Assembly (NCBI GenBank): GCA_048550195.1
Contig: JBLYYR010000111.1
Span: 10,224 to 74,223, forward strand
Length of the DNA stretch: 64,000 nucleotides
Direction: 5' to 3'
Source of the DNA: Arenicellales bacterium
GTDB taxonomy: Bacteria; Pseudomonadota; Gammaproteobacteria; BMS3Bbin11
Position 1 is the stretch's first letter. Each line of letters begins with the position of its first letter. Below, in pieces: positions 19,591 to 29,510 of the stretch. The notes beneath the pieces were generated by a model. That model was not told the DNA's origin, did no database searches, and saw nothing but the letters and a program-made list of their open reading frames with translations. The position numbers were made by a program, and so were the translations under genes.

Positions 19591-20118
19591 ATGTCCCGGA
19601 TTAATCAGATACAAATTCGCTTTTCTTCAATTGAAGACCGTATCGTCCTGCGGTTAAATACTGAAGATGCTTCAGAGTTTCGCTTCTGGATAACCCGGCG
19701 TTACTCAAAAGTACTTGTAGCGGCCTTGTTAGAGCTTTTACATTCGTCGGAAGAAGTTCAGGAATATTCAGAACAGAAAAATCAGAATGCGGTGATGACA
19801 TTTCAGCATGAAGATGCCTTGTCTAAAGCTGATTTTGCCAGGTCTTTCGAGTCTCAGCCGAAGAATTTGCCGCTTGGAAATGAGCCGGTGCTACTTAGTA
19901 AATTAACGGTGAAGCAAACACCTGACGGTAACCCGATGTTGTGCATGTACCCTGAGCAGGGATCAGGTATCGACCTGGCCCTGCAACAGCAACTGCTCCA
20001 TTCGATAAGTAAGCTGTTTGCTGATGCACTGATAGAGGCAGACTGGGATGTAAACTTCCTGCTCCCTGAGAGTAATACCGATATACGGGAAGCAGAAAAA
20101 CCAGTGCTGTTGAATTAA
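19591..20118 (+). CDS. Hypothetical protein of 175 aa
   Basis: A strong RBS, AAGGAG, lies 7 nt upstream of the ATG at 19591. The ORF-track start at 19522 is probably too far upstream. I recognised no domain. Confidence 0.45.
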   Translation: MSRINQIQIRFSSIEDRIVLRLNTEDASEFRFWITRRYSKVLVAALLELLHSSEEVQEYSEQKNQNAVMTFQHEDALSKADFARSFESQPKNLPLGNEPVLLSKLTVKQTPDGNPMLCMYPEQGSGIDLALQQQLLHSISKLFADALIEADWDVNFLLPESNTDIREAEKPVLLN

Positions 20119-20123
20119 TAGAA

Positions 20124-20468
20124 CTACCCGGTTTTCATTACGGGCTGTGTTTCGTTGTTGAGGACAGCAGTTGAGACTTCACAGAGCTGATTCATCAGGC
20201 TTACTTTGCAAATGTCAGCATCATTTTGAATCAACAGGGTTGCCCGGGTAGCTTCGAGCATAGAAATGGTTATTTCAGGGTCTATGCATGCATCAAGGTG
20301 TCCGCAACTATTCTTTTTATAGAGATCTCGAACAAGTTTGGTAACGAATTTATGATGCACTGCATCCTCAGCAAGAAAAAAACGAATTTCATTCGCAGAA
20401 TAGACCACAGGGATCTGATGCATGCCAATTTGCTCTGCCAGTAGCTGAATATATTTCCTGAATGTCAT
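20124..20468 (-). CDS. Hypothetical protein of 114 aa
   Basis: The ORF is convergent with the previous gene, 5 bp apart. I recognised no motif. Confidence 0.35.
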   Translation of the reverse strand: MTFRKYIQLLAEQIGMHQIPVVYSANEIRFFLAEDAVHHKFVTKLVRDLYKKNSCGHLDACIDPEITISMLEATRATLLIQNDADICKVSLMNQLCEVSTAVLNNETQPVMKTG

Positions 20469-20644
20469 TTCCTATCCGTTGCCTGAGAAACGTTTAATAA
20501 ATGCTTTTTGTTCTGATTAAGTCTAAACCCAACCCCGATATTTTCAAGTCTTGATTTAAAGTATATTGTATTTTCAGGGAATCACAGGTACCTCGTTAAC
20601 GGGTTTTATCCCCTAATAACTACTCCAGTTCAGCAATTCATACT

Positions 20645-21739
20645 ATGATGTGCAGTTCTAGAAATATGAATACCGTAAATAACAAGCTCCCACCAGAAAA
20701 AATTGATCGCCTGTCTAGATGGCGAGTGCTGGTATCGGCTGCCGTTTCGATATTGATCCTTTTCCTGCTCTGGTGGATTGTTTCCTCAGGAAAGCAGTTA
20801 AAGGATGCGCATACTATTTCAGATGTTTTACAGAACACATCCTGGTGGCTGGCTTCCTTTTATATCCTTACAACGATTTCGCAAACTCTGCTCAGAGCCA
20901 TGCGTTATCGATCTTTGCTTAAAGCAGATGAGAACAGCCCGGTACCGGGCATCACTTTTATGTTTTTTGTTACATTGGCTCGCAACATGTTTGTCGACAT
21001 GGTGCCCGCAAGAATTGGAGAAGCGAGTTATGTCCTGATGCTAAACCGCTCTGTTCATGTGCCGGTTTCAGCCTGTCTTTCGACTCTGTTTATCAGTGTA
21101 GTCCTTGACGTTATGGCGCTGGCTGTTCTATTGTTTGTGCTGGTGCTTGCAAGCATCATTACAGCCTCACAGTCCGGAATTTCCCTTGGCCATGCCTTGT
21201 TGGCTACGTCGTTACTGGTATTTGTGGCAGTCCTCATTATTTATATGGCAGTACCGTTGAGCCAATGGTTTTACCGGATGATTGAATTTACCAGGATAAA
21301 GCTTCTGCAACGTTTTGCTCGATTTTTGATAGAAGTTGGCATGTCAATCCGACGCGTACAGACAAGAGAGCTTTTGTCGCTGACTATGGCACAATCGATC
21401 GGAATTCGTGTGTTCAAATACAGTGGGCTCTATATTCTGTTTGTTGCTGTTACAACCGCCAGCTTTCCCGAGTTTTCAGCGTTGCCCTGGTGGCAGGTAT
21501 TACCCGCCTTCATTTCTGCAGAAGCAGCTGCCAGTTTACCTTTGCCGACGTTTATGAGTTTTGGCACCTATGAAGGAGGAGGTCTGCTGGCCTTTTCAAT
21601 GCAGGGTTTTGCCGCTGCAGATACTTTAATTGTTATGTTTGTCATACATCTGATCTCCCAGCTGGTGGATTACACGCTCGGTGGCCTTGGCTTGCTGGGC
21701 TTTTTTCTGCAGAAGGGTGAGAATAGGTGCCAGGCTTGA
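20645..21739 (+). CDS. Polytopic membrane protein of the lysylphosphatidylglycerol-synthase-TM-like (flippase-like, UPF0104) family
   Basis: The 364-aa protein has about 8 TM helices. The RWRVLVSAAVSILILFLLWW N-terminus and the overall organisation resemble the LPG_synthase_TM family. The assignment is tentative. Confidence 0.5.
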   Translation: MMCSSRNMNTVNNKLPPEKIDRLSRWRVLVSAAVSILILFLLWWIVSSGKQLKDAHTISDVLQNTSWWLASFYILTTISQTLLRAMRYRSLLKADENSPVPGITFMFFVTLARNMFVDMVPARIGEASYVLMLNRSVHVPVSACLSTLFISVVLDVMALAVLLFVLVLASIITASQSGISLGHALLATSLLVFVAVLIIYMAVPLSQWFYRMIEFTRIKLLQRFARFLIEVGMSIRRVQTRELLSLTMAQSIGIRVFKYSGLYILFVAVTTASFPEFSALPWWQVLPAFISAEAAASLPLPTFMSFGTYEGGGLLAFSMQGFAAADTLIVMFVIHLISQLVDYTLGGLGLLGFFLQKGENRCQA

Positions 21740-21754
21740 AAGAGGCAAAGAGCT

Positions 21755-22762
21755 ATGAGTAACAGGCGTATTGTATTGATTGTTATTTCCGTTGTGGTGG
21801 TAGTGGCGGTGGCGACGGCGGGTTTTCTGCGTTGGCAGCTTAAGCAGGGTCGGCGTACCCCACCATCTGCAGGTATGTCTGTCATGATGGAGAAAGTGGC
21901 CCAGGCAGCAGAATTGCCAAGTGGGTTTATTGTCTGGAGCTCAAACCGTTTTGGTAATCACGACATACTTAAAATGGACTTGCCGGAAAGAAAAATTTCA
22001 CGTTTGACCACACATCCCCATACTGAGTATTTTCCACGAATCTCACCAGATGGAAGATATGTTGTATTTTCCCGCTCACAAAAACCCTGGGTATCGCAGC
22101 GTAATCAGGAACTATGGGACGTAATACTACTCGATCTTCAGACAGGGGAGGAACGGGAACTGGCCAAAAATGCCAATACCCCCACCTGGTCTATCGATGG
22201 AAAAAAGGTATATTTTCAGCGCAATGTCATGAACCTGGCTGAAATTAATGTCGAAACAGGAGAGGAGCGCATTCTTTTCACCAGCGGCAATGGCGACGTC
22301 AAAAAGAGCGCAGGGTTGCAAACACCGGCATACAACACGCATAGCAATAAAATGGCCGTAACGTTGCGCTATGGCCAGCACATGACGGCCATTGTCGATA
22401 TGTACGGGAATCTCAGGAGAATCTCAGACGGCTGTCAGCTTACCTGGAGCAGGGATGCGAGCTTTCTTTACTATGTGGATTATGGTGGCAAGATGAAAAA
22501 TGCCTTTTATCTTTATGACCCTGCGACTGGCAAGTCCACACCGTGGCTGGATATGCCTGGTGAATTCAGTCATGAGTATTTTCCAAAACTGTCAAATGAT
22601 GAAAAATATCTAGTTTTCGCCGCCAGCAAAGGCGGTCATGAGCATGATAGTGCTGATTATGAGATATTCCTCTGGCAGGTGGGCGCACCAGCAGAATCGG
22701 CGGTTCGCCTGACTTTTCATACGGGTAATGATAACTGGCCGGATGTGTTTTTGATGGATTAG
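21755..22762 (+). CDS. Membrane-anchored TolB-like beta-propeller (PD40 repeat) protein
   Basis: The protein has an N-terminal TM helix. Repeated ...SPDGRYVVFS.../...SIDGKKVYFQ.../...SRDASFLYYV.../...SNDEKYLVFAA... blades follow. The gene starts 16 bp after the upstream gene. Confidence 0.6.
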   Translation: MSNRRIVLIVISVVVVVAVATAGFLRWQLKQGRRTPPSAGMSVMMEKVAQAAELPSGFIVWSSNRFGNHDILKMDLPERKISRLTTHPHTEYFPRISPDGRYVVFSRSQKPWVSQRNQELWDVILLDLQTGEERELAKNANTPTWSIDGKKVYFQRNVMNLAEINVETGEERILFTSGNGDVKKSAGLQTPAYNTHSNKMAVTLRYGQHMTAIVDMYGNLRRISDGCQLTWSRDASFLYYVDYGGKMKNAFYLYDPATGKSTPWLDMPGEFSHEYFPKLSNDEKYLVFAASKGGHEHDSADYEIFLWQVGAPAESAVRLTFHTGNDNWPDVFLMD

Positions 22763-22967
22763 TCTCTGGTTTCTTTTATTATTTTGCTCGAATTGAACTG
22801 GGCTTGTCGCAGTTCATGCGCGAGGTGTTCAGTACCTTGATCAGGGTTGCGACAAAGAGTTTAATCGACGAGAATTATTACAGCATGATACAACATATCA
22901 ATCATTTGACCGCACTGAGGAACCTCTGATCAATTCATGAACTCGTATCTTACGTTTAAAATATCCA

Positions 22968-23073
22968 GTCTTTTTCGTTGAAAATCTTCGCAATAGCTAG
23001 CTATTACGTGCAATTTCCGCCTCAAAACTGAAAATTTTAAATCGCAATCTACTTCGTCCAGAATTAATTAGAG
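22968..23073. repeat. Copy A of a roughly 110-bp dispersed intergenic repeat with a palindromic core
   Basis: The sequence ...ttgaaaatcttcgcaatagctagctattacg...ccagaattaattagag is shared with 58403-58510. It contains a perfect 14-bp palindrome, aatagctagctatt, at 22992-23005. Confidence 0.5.
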
Positions 23074-23098
23074 ATTCCCTAAGGTATTACTCCATAAA

Positions 23099-23983
23099 AT
23101 GAAGTGGCGAAAAAGAAAACAAAGCACAAACGTTGATGACAGAAGAAGTAGCACTGGCGGTGTACGTAGAGCTTTGCCTTCCGTTGGAACAATTCTTTTT
23201 TTCTGGCCGATAATCAAAAAACTGCTGCATTCAAAGCTTGGCCTCGCCATATTGGGTATTGGTGCAGTGGTTTATTTTGGTAATTTTATTGATTTCTCTT
23301 CTTTGATGGGGGGTGGCAGTTCCACACCTGTTAATGAAGAACTGGATAATGAGCAGGCTGCATTTATTAAAACAGTACATGCCGACACTGAAGCAATCTG
23401 GTCAAAGATCTTTGCACAGGCAGAAGCGCGCTATCCCTCTCCGACTCTGGTGTTGTATCGCGGGTCGACAACAAGTGGCTGTGGACCGGCCAGTTCTCGC
23501 ATGGGACCGTTCTATTGCCCTGAAGATAGAAAAATCTATGTTGATCTGGGCTTCTTCGAGGATTTGAAACGTCAGCATGGGGCAGGGGGAGACTTTGCAC
23601 AAGCCTATGTGCTCGCACACGAAATTGGCCATCATGTGCAATACCTGGAAGGTACACTGGATAAGGTGCAAAGAGCAAAACAACAGGTATGGGGAGAGGC
23701 CAAAAAGAATCAACTGCAAGTGCGTGTTGAGCTGCAGGCTGATTGCTATGCAGGTGTCTGGGCGCATCACGCTCATGCACAGTTTGATATCCTGGAAGAA
23801 GGCGACCTCGAAGAAGCAATGGTTGCTGCGGCTTCCATCGGTGATGACAGGATGCAAAAACAGTCACAGGGTTTCGCTATACCCCACACCTTTACTCATG
23901 GCAGTTCCAAACAACGTGTAGAGTGGTTTGCCAGAGGTGTTAAGAATGGTGATTTACAGGATTGTAATACCTTTGGAAGGTAA
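23099..23983 (+). CDS. YpfJ-family putative neutral zinc metallopeptidase
   Basis: The N-terminus reads KWRKRKQSTNVDDRRSSTGG...TM, followed by HEIGHHVQ, which is a HExxH zinc site. This N-terminus is typical of YpfJ proteins. Confidence 0.8.
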   Translation: MKWRKRKQSTNVDDRRSSTGGVRRALPSVGTILFFWPIIKKLLHSKLGLAILGIGAVVYFGNFIDFSSLMGGGSSTPVNEELDNEQAAFIKTVHADTEAIWSKIFAQAEARYPSPTLVLYRGSTTSGCGPASSRMGPFYCPEDRKIYVDLGFFEDLKRQHGAGGDFAQAYVLAHEIGHHVQYLEGTLDKVQRAKQQVWGEAKKNQLQVRVELQADCYAGVWAHHAHAQFDILEEGDLEEAMVAAASIGDDRMQKQSQGFAIPHTFTHGSSKQRVEWFARGVKNGDLQDCNTFGR

Positions 23984-24011
23984 CACCAATCTCCCAAATA
24001 TAGAAAAAAAC

Positions 24012-24890
24012 TCAAATACTATCCAACAGGCCAATCATGGCCTTCGTAGCATTAGACAAAGTCATGTCATTATGCGTCACATATCCAAGTTTTCGACGAA
24101 GATCCATGTTTTTTATCTGCAATTTAACGACAGTTTCATCAAGCATGGTGTCCGGTATGATGGTCCATCCAAGGCCGATGCTGGCCATCATTTTGTTGGT
24201 TTCAAGAAAGTTGGTCGACAGACCGATACGCAGTCTGTAACCCGTTAATGCAAGCTTTTCCTCCAGCAATGCCCGGGTGTAGGTGTTGACGCCAGGCAGT
24301 ATCGCCTCGTGTCTGGCAAGTTCTTCTACAGCGACGGAATCTTTGCCTGCCAGCTCATGCATTTTGCCGACTACTAGAGCCAGCGGGTCATCCCAGACCT
24401 GTGTCGCGGTGAGTGATTGAGGTGTGCTGGAGGGTAGGGTGATGATGGCCATTTCCAGTCGGCCGCTTTCAACCCCCTGAACACCGTCTTCCGAGTCCAC
24501 AAAATGCAATGACAACTCGACATCCGGGTATCGCTTCGTGTATTGGCGTAATACCGGCGGTAAGCGGTGCAGGCCGATATGGTGTGAGGTACCCAGGCTT
24601 AGGCTGCCTGTAATCTCTTGCTTCATATTGTCAGCAGTTTTACGTAAATTACTGAAGGAAATTAGCATGCTCTCAGCTAATGGAAGCAACTTATGCCCGG
24701 TATCCGTCAATCGGACATTTCTTCCTATACGGTCGAATAATGGGCTGCCAAGCTGTAATTCCAGCGCAGCAACGCGTTTACTGATAGCCGGTTGTGTTAG
24801 ATGCAGGCTGTTTGCTGCAGCGGTAAAGGAACCATACTTATTTATGGCAACAAAGGCCTTGAGCTGTGATTCATCCATGTGCGTTCTCAA
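24012..24890 (-). CDS. LysR-family transcriptional regulator, divergent from leuC
   Basis: The HTH reads FVAINKYGSFTAAANSLHLTQPAISKRVAALE. It is followed by a LysR substrate-binding fold. Confidence 0.85.
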   Translation of the reverse strand: MRTHMDESQLKAFVAINKYGSFTAAANSLHLTQPAISKRVAALELQLGSPLFDRIGRNVRLTDTGHKLLPLAESMLISFSNLRKTADNMKQEITGSLSLGTSHHIGLHRLPPVLRQYTKRYPDVELSLHFVDSEDGVQGVESGRLEMAIITLPSSTPQSLTATQVWDDPLALVVGKMHELAGKDSVAVEELARHEAILPGVNTYTRALLEEKLALTGYRLRIGLSTNFLETNKMMASIGLGWTIIPDTMLDETVVKLQIKNMDLRRKLGYVTHNDMTLSNATKAMIGLLDSI

Positions 24891-25023
24891 TCAATTATTT
24901 TTGAATCCTATCCTTGACTCATTCCAAAATAGAATTGATATTATAAAAATGATGAATTTATGTAATTTATAACCTGTGTCATAATTTCCTGCAACCTAAA
25001 TGATGAAAAGTGGAGTGATTCAG

Positions 25024-26430
25024 ATGGCTGGCAAAACCCTGTATGACAAGTTGTGGGATAGTCATGTAGTTCGGCAGGAAGATAATACTGCTTTACTTTA
25101 TATTGATCGCCATCTGGTTCATGAAGTGACATCACCGCAGGCCTTTGAAGGTTTACGCCTAGCGGGGCGCCGTCTTTGGCGTCCAGCAGCAAACCTGGCA
25201 ACTCCGGATCACAACGTGCCGACAACCGAGCGTCAGAAAGGGATAGTTGACCCTGTATCACGTTTACAGGTGGAGACGCTTGATCAAAATTGTGTGGATT
25301 TTCGTATTACCGAGTTTGGTATGAATGATCCGCGTCAGGGCATCGTTCATGTTATCGGGCCGGAGCAGGGTGCCACCTTGCCGGGCATGACGGTAGTCTG
25401 TGGCGATTCGCACACCTCTACACACGGTGCCTTTGCTGCTTTGGCCATGGGTATTGGTACTTCTGAAGTAGAACATGTGCTGGCAACGCAATGTTTGATT
25501 CAGAAAAAGGCAAAGAACATGCGTGTGTCGGTAGAAGGAGAGGTGTCTGACGGCATAACAGCGAAGGATATAGTGCTTGCCATTATTGAGAAAACAGGGA
25601 CAGCCGGCGGCACAGGATACACTATTGAATTTGCCGGATCGGCTATTCGAGCATTGAGTATGGAAGGTCGCATGACCCTGTGCAATATGACGATAGAAGC
25701 CGGTGCCCGGGCAGGGCTGGTCGCGGTTGATGAGAAGACTATCGACTATGTGCGTGGACGCCCTTATTCTCCCGCTGAAGAATACAGGGAGCAGTCGGAG
25801 GCGTACTGGCAAGGCCTGCATTCAGATGCGGACGCTGTATTTGATAAAGAGGTTTTTCTCAATGCCGCCGATATCCGGCCGCAGGTTAGCTGGGGAACAT
25901 CGCCTGAAATGGTCGTGTCGATAGGCGACAGCGTGCCTGATCCTCAACAGGAGGCTGATCCGGTAAAACGCGAAGGCATGATCAATGCGCTGGCCTATAT
26001 GGGACTGGAGCCAGGGGTGGCGATATCAGATATTTCACTGGATAAGATATTTATTGGTTCATGCACCAACTCCCGTATCGAAGATATTCGTGCCGCCGCT
26101 GAAGTTGTCCGGGGCCGTAAGCTTGCTGCTACCATCAGATTGGCGATAGTGGTGCCCGGTTCTGGCCTGGTCAAGGCACAGGCTGAACAGGAAGGGCTGG
26201 ACAGGGTGTTTACTGAAGCCGGCTTTGAATGGCGGGACCCCGGTTGTTCAATGTGTCTGGCGATGAATGCAGACCGACTTCAAGAAGGAGAGCGATGTGC
26301 CTCTACCTCGAACAGGAATTTTGAGGGTCGTCAGGGCCGCGGCGGCAGGACACATCTTGTTTCACCGGCATTGGCTGCCGCTGCTGCTATTGCCGGGCAT
26401 TTTATAGACCCGGCATCACTGGAGAACTGA
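25024..26430 (+). CDS. leuC: 3-isopropylmalate dehydratase large subunit
   Basis: The start [14 protein letters not shown] and the aconitase-family motifs match leuC. A GGAG RBS lies 9 nt upstream of 25024. Confidence 0.9.
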   Translation: MAGKTLYDKLWDSHVVRQEDNTALLYIDRHLVHEVTSPQAFEGLRLAGRRLWRPAANLATPDHNVPTTERQKGIVDPVSRLQVETLDQNCVDFRITEFGMNDPRQGIVHVIGPEQGATLPGMTVVCGDSHTSTHGAFAALAMGIGTSEVEHVLATQCLIQKKAKNMRVSVEGEVSDGITAKDIVLAIIEKTGTAGGTGYTIEFAGSAIRALSMEGRMTLCNMTIEAGARAGLVAVDEKTIDYVRGRPYSPAEEYREQSEAYWQGLHSDADAVFDKEVFLNAADIRPQVSWGTSPEMVVSIGDSVPDPQQEADPVKREGMINALAYMGLEPGVAISDISLDKIFIGSCTNSRIEDIRAAAEVVRGRKLAATIRLAIVVPGSGLVKAQAEQEGLDRVFTEAGFEWRDPGCSMCLAMNADRLQEGERCASTSNRNFEGRQGRGGRTHLVSPALAAAAAIAGHFIDPASLEN

Positions 26431-26431
26431 T

Positions 26432-27082
26432 ATGGAAAAATTTATTGCAGTAGACGCCATTGTTGCACCAATGGACCGCCCGAACGTCGATACCGATGCA
26501 ATCATCCCAAAGCAATTCCTGAAATCGATCAAACGCAGTGGGTTCGGTCCTAATCTGTTTGATGAATGGCGCTACCTGGATATTGGTGAGCCGGGTCAGG
26601 ACAATAGTAACAGGCCTTTGAACGAGGGTTTTGTACTTAATCAGGCCCGTTACCAGGGTGCCCGGATATTGCTGGCGCGTGAGAATTTTGGTTGTGGCTC
26701 ATCGCGGGAGCATGCCCCCTGGGCGCTGCAGGATTACGGGTTCAGGGTGATAATAGCACCGAGCTTTGCAGACATATTCTTTAATAATTGCTTTAAAAAT
26801 GGCATTTTACCGATAGTTCTTGATGAAAAGCTTGTTGATAAGCTATTTAAAGATGTTATGGATACGACAGGGTACAAGCTCAGGGTGGATCTGCAGGAAC
26901 AGGTAATTATAACGGCAGATGGCAGTAAAATAACGTTTAATGTCGACAAGTATCGTAAGCATTGCCTGTTGGAAGGACTTGATGACATCGCTTTAACTTT
27001 ACAGCATATGGATGAAATACGTGCCTATGAGAAAACTCGCAGCAAGATTACACCGTGGTTGTTCACGGACGTAGATTGTTGA
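26432..27082 (+). CDS. leuD: 3-isopropylmalate dehydratase small subunit
   Basis: The sequence is LeuD-like and the gene lies directly downstream of leuC. Confidence 0.9.
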   Translation: MEKFIAVDAIVAPMDRPNVDTDAIIPKQFLKSIKRSGFGPNLFDEWRYLDIGEPGQDNSNRPLNEGFVLNQARYQGARILLARENFGCGSSREHAPWALQDYGFRVIIAPSFADIFFNNCFKNGILPIVLDEKLVDKLFKDVMDTTGYKLRVDLQEQVIITADGSKITFNVDKYRKHCLLEGLDDIALTLQHMDEIRAYEKTRSKITPWLFTDVDC

Positions 27083-27283
27083 AGTTTTCAGGGTAGTTTC
27101 TTAATAAGAGGAAGCTGTCATTGCGAGCCTGGCGCGGCAATCCCTTTGCTTATAATCAGTCACATGAGATTGTTTCATCACTGCGTTCCTGGCGATGACG
27201 AACAAACAAATAAAGGTCTTCAAAAATACAGGTCAGTACGATACTTTCTATCAGACTTTTAACTAAAGAGGTTTACTGGGTAT

Positions 27284-28357
27284 ATGACTAAACAAATACT
27301 GGTCCTGCCAGGTGACGGTATAGGTCCTGAGATCGTTGAGCAGGCAGTGAGAGTGCTGGAGTTGTTGCGTGACGAGTCCGGGCTTGATATTGCGATTTCA
27401 CAGGCTAAAGTTGGTGGTAAGGCTTATGATGAAACTGGACATCCTTTGCCTGAGGCAACACTGGCTATGGCCCGGCAGGCAGATGCGATCCTGCTGGGAG
27501 CGGTCGGAGGACCGCAGTACGAGTCGCTTGATAGAGAGCTGCGACCTGAACGCGCACTGCTTGGTCTCAGGTCTGAACTGCAATTGTTTTCCAATCTGCG
27601 ACCGGCATTGATGTACCCGGCATTAACCGGTGCATCCAGCCTGAAGCCTGAAATTGTGTCTGGGCTGGATATTATGATTGTCCGTGAACTGACAGGTGGT
27701 ATCTATTTCGGTACTCCACGGGGTATCCGCACTCTGGACAACGGGCAACGGGAAGGGTTCAATACACTGGTCTATAATGAGGCAGAAATTGAGCGTATTG
27801 CACACTCTGCCTTCGATATTGCGATGAAGCGCGATAAACGGCTATGTTCAGTGGACAAGGCCAACGTGCTGGAAGTGTCTGAGCTATGGCGCGAGGTGGT
27901 CAGCCGGGTAGGTGAAAAATATCCAGAGGTTGAGCTCTCGCATATGTACGTCGATAACGCCGCCATGCAGCTGGTCCGTGAACCAAAGCAATTTGATGTC
28001 ATGGTGACCAAGAACATGTTTGGTGACATATTGTCCGATGCAGCGGCTATGCTTACTGGATCGATTGGCATGCTGCCATCCGCCTCACTGGATGCACAGG
28101 GCAAAGGCATGTACGAACCAATACATGGTTCCGCACCGGATATTGCCGGGCAGGGCATTGCAAATCCATTGGCCACGATTCTGTCTGTCGCCATGTTGCT
28201 GCGTTACACACTGGGTGAAGCTGGCTTTGCTGATCAGGTTGAAAAGGCGGTAGAGGCCGTACTGGACGATGGTCTGCGCACCCCGGACATCAGCGATGAT
28301 GATAATTCAATCGGAACTGTTGCCATGGGTGATGCAGTACTGGAAAGATTACTATAG
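27284..28357 (+). CDS. leuB: 3-isopropylmalate dehydrogenase
   Basis: The start reads [14 protein letters not shown]. The isocitrate/isopropylmalate dehydrogenase signature NMFGDILSD is present. Confidence 0.9.
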   Translation: MTKQILVLPGDGIGPEIVEQAVRVLELLRDESGLDIAISQAKVGGKAYDETGHPLPEATLAMARQADAILLGAVGGPQYESLDRELRPERALLGLRSELQLFSNLRPALMYPALTGASSLKPEIVSGLDIMIVRELTGGIYFGTPRGIRTLDNGQREGFNTLVYNEAEIERIAHSAFDIAMKRDKRLCSVDKANVLEVSELWREVVSRVGEKYPEVELSHMYVDNAAMQLVREPKQFDVMVTKNMFGDILSDAAAMLTGSIGMLPSASLDAQGKGMYEPIHGSAPDIAGQGIANPLATILSVAMLLRYTLGEAGFADQVEKAVEAVLDDGLRTPDISDDDNSIGTVAMGDAVLERLL

Positions 28358-28373
28358 AATTTGGAATAGATAA

Positions 28374-29396
28374 ATGAGCAAAGTATTTGATATTGCAGTA
28401 GTTGGTGCCACAGGGGCTGTGGGTGAAACCATGTTGCGCGTATTACATGAAAGAAATTTTCCTGTCGGCAATGTCTATCCGCTGGCGTCCAGTCGCTCAG
28501 CGGGTAAACGGGTAGATTTTGGCGGCAGGATGCTGGTTGTTGAAGACCTCGACAGTTTTGATTTTTCAAAAGTGCAGATAGGTCTGTTTTCTGCAGGTGG
28601 CAGCATTTCTGAAAAATATGCCCCCAGGGCGGTTGAAGCCGGCTGTGTGGTCGTGGACAACACTTCACACTACCGCTACGATGATGATATCCCCCTTGTT
28701 GTTCCGGAAGTGAACCCGCAGGCGATTGCTGACTATAAGGCACGCGGTATTATTGCCAACCCGAATTGTTCAACCATACAAATGCTGGTGGCACTGAAGC
28801 CTATTTATGATGAGGTAGGTATCAGTCGTATAAATGTCTGCACTTATCAGGCGGTTTCCGGTACTGGTAAATCGGCAATTGAAGAGCTGGCAGGCCAGTC
28901 AGCCGCCCTGCTGGGCGGTAAAAGTGTCGAAGCAAAGGTATACCCGAAGCAGATTGCCTTCAATGTATTACCCCAAATTGATGTTTTTGAGGACAACGGC
29001 TATACCCGTGAAGAGATGAAAATGGTCTGGGAAACCCGTAAGATATTTTCTGATGACGGCATTATGGTTAATCCTACAGCGGTTCGAGTACCTGTCTTTT
29101 TTGGCCATTCCGAAGCGATACACATAGAAACACGTGAAAAAATAAGTGCGGCAAGTGCACGCGAGCTACTTGATAGCACTGAAGGCATAATTGTCGTTGA
29201 CGAACATGTTGATGGTGGTTATCCAACAGCTGTCACTGAAGGTGTTGACACCGATCCGGTCTACGTCGGCCGCATAAGAGAGGACATCTCGCATCCAATG
29301 GGGCTGGATATGTGGGTAGTCGCCGATAATGTGCGAAAAGGAGCCGCTACAAATAGTATCCAAATAGCTGAAATATTGGCAAAAAGTTATTTGTAA
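28374..29396 (+). CDS. asd: Aspartate-semialdehyde dehydrogenase
   Basis: The NAD-binding site is VAVVGATGAVG. The active-site region reads IANPNCSTIQM. Confidence 0.9.
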   Translation: MSKVFDIAVVGATGAVGETMLRVLHERNFPVGNVYPLASSRSAGKRVDFGGRMLVVEDLDSFDFSKVQIGLFSAGGSISEKYAPRAVEAGCVVVDNTSHYRYDDDIPLVVPEVNPQAIADYKARGIIANPNCSTIQMLVALKPIYDEVGISRINVCTYQAVSGTGKSAIEELAGQSAALLGGKSVEAKVYPKQIAFNVLPQIDVFEDNGYTREEMKMVWETRKIFSDDGIMVNPTAVRVPVFFGHSEAIHIETREKISAASARELLDSTEGIIVVDEHVDGGYPTAVTEGVDTDPVYVGRIREDISHPMGLDMWVVADNVRKGAATNSIQIAEILAKSYL

Positions 29397-29510
29397 GCTA
29401 TTGTTAGTTGCGAAACATAAAGAACTTTCGTAGTATTGAACTATAAGTATAAGCGAAATAAGGAAAAATACGTTTCTTTAACTAAGTACAGCCACTAAAA
29501 AGAGAAGATC

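Noticed and set aside
27083-27283. 200-bp leuD-leuB spacer with a partial direct repeat, tcattgcgagcctggcg and tcactgcgttcctggcg.
   Set aside because: The repeat is short and imperfect and forms no convincing hairpin or second copy. It is probably just a promoter or spacer.
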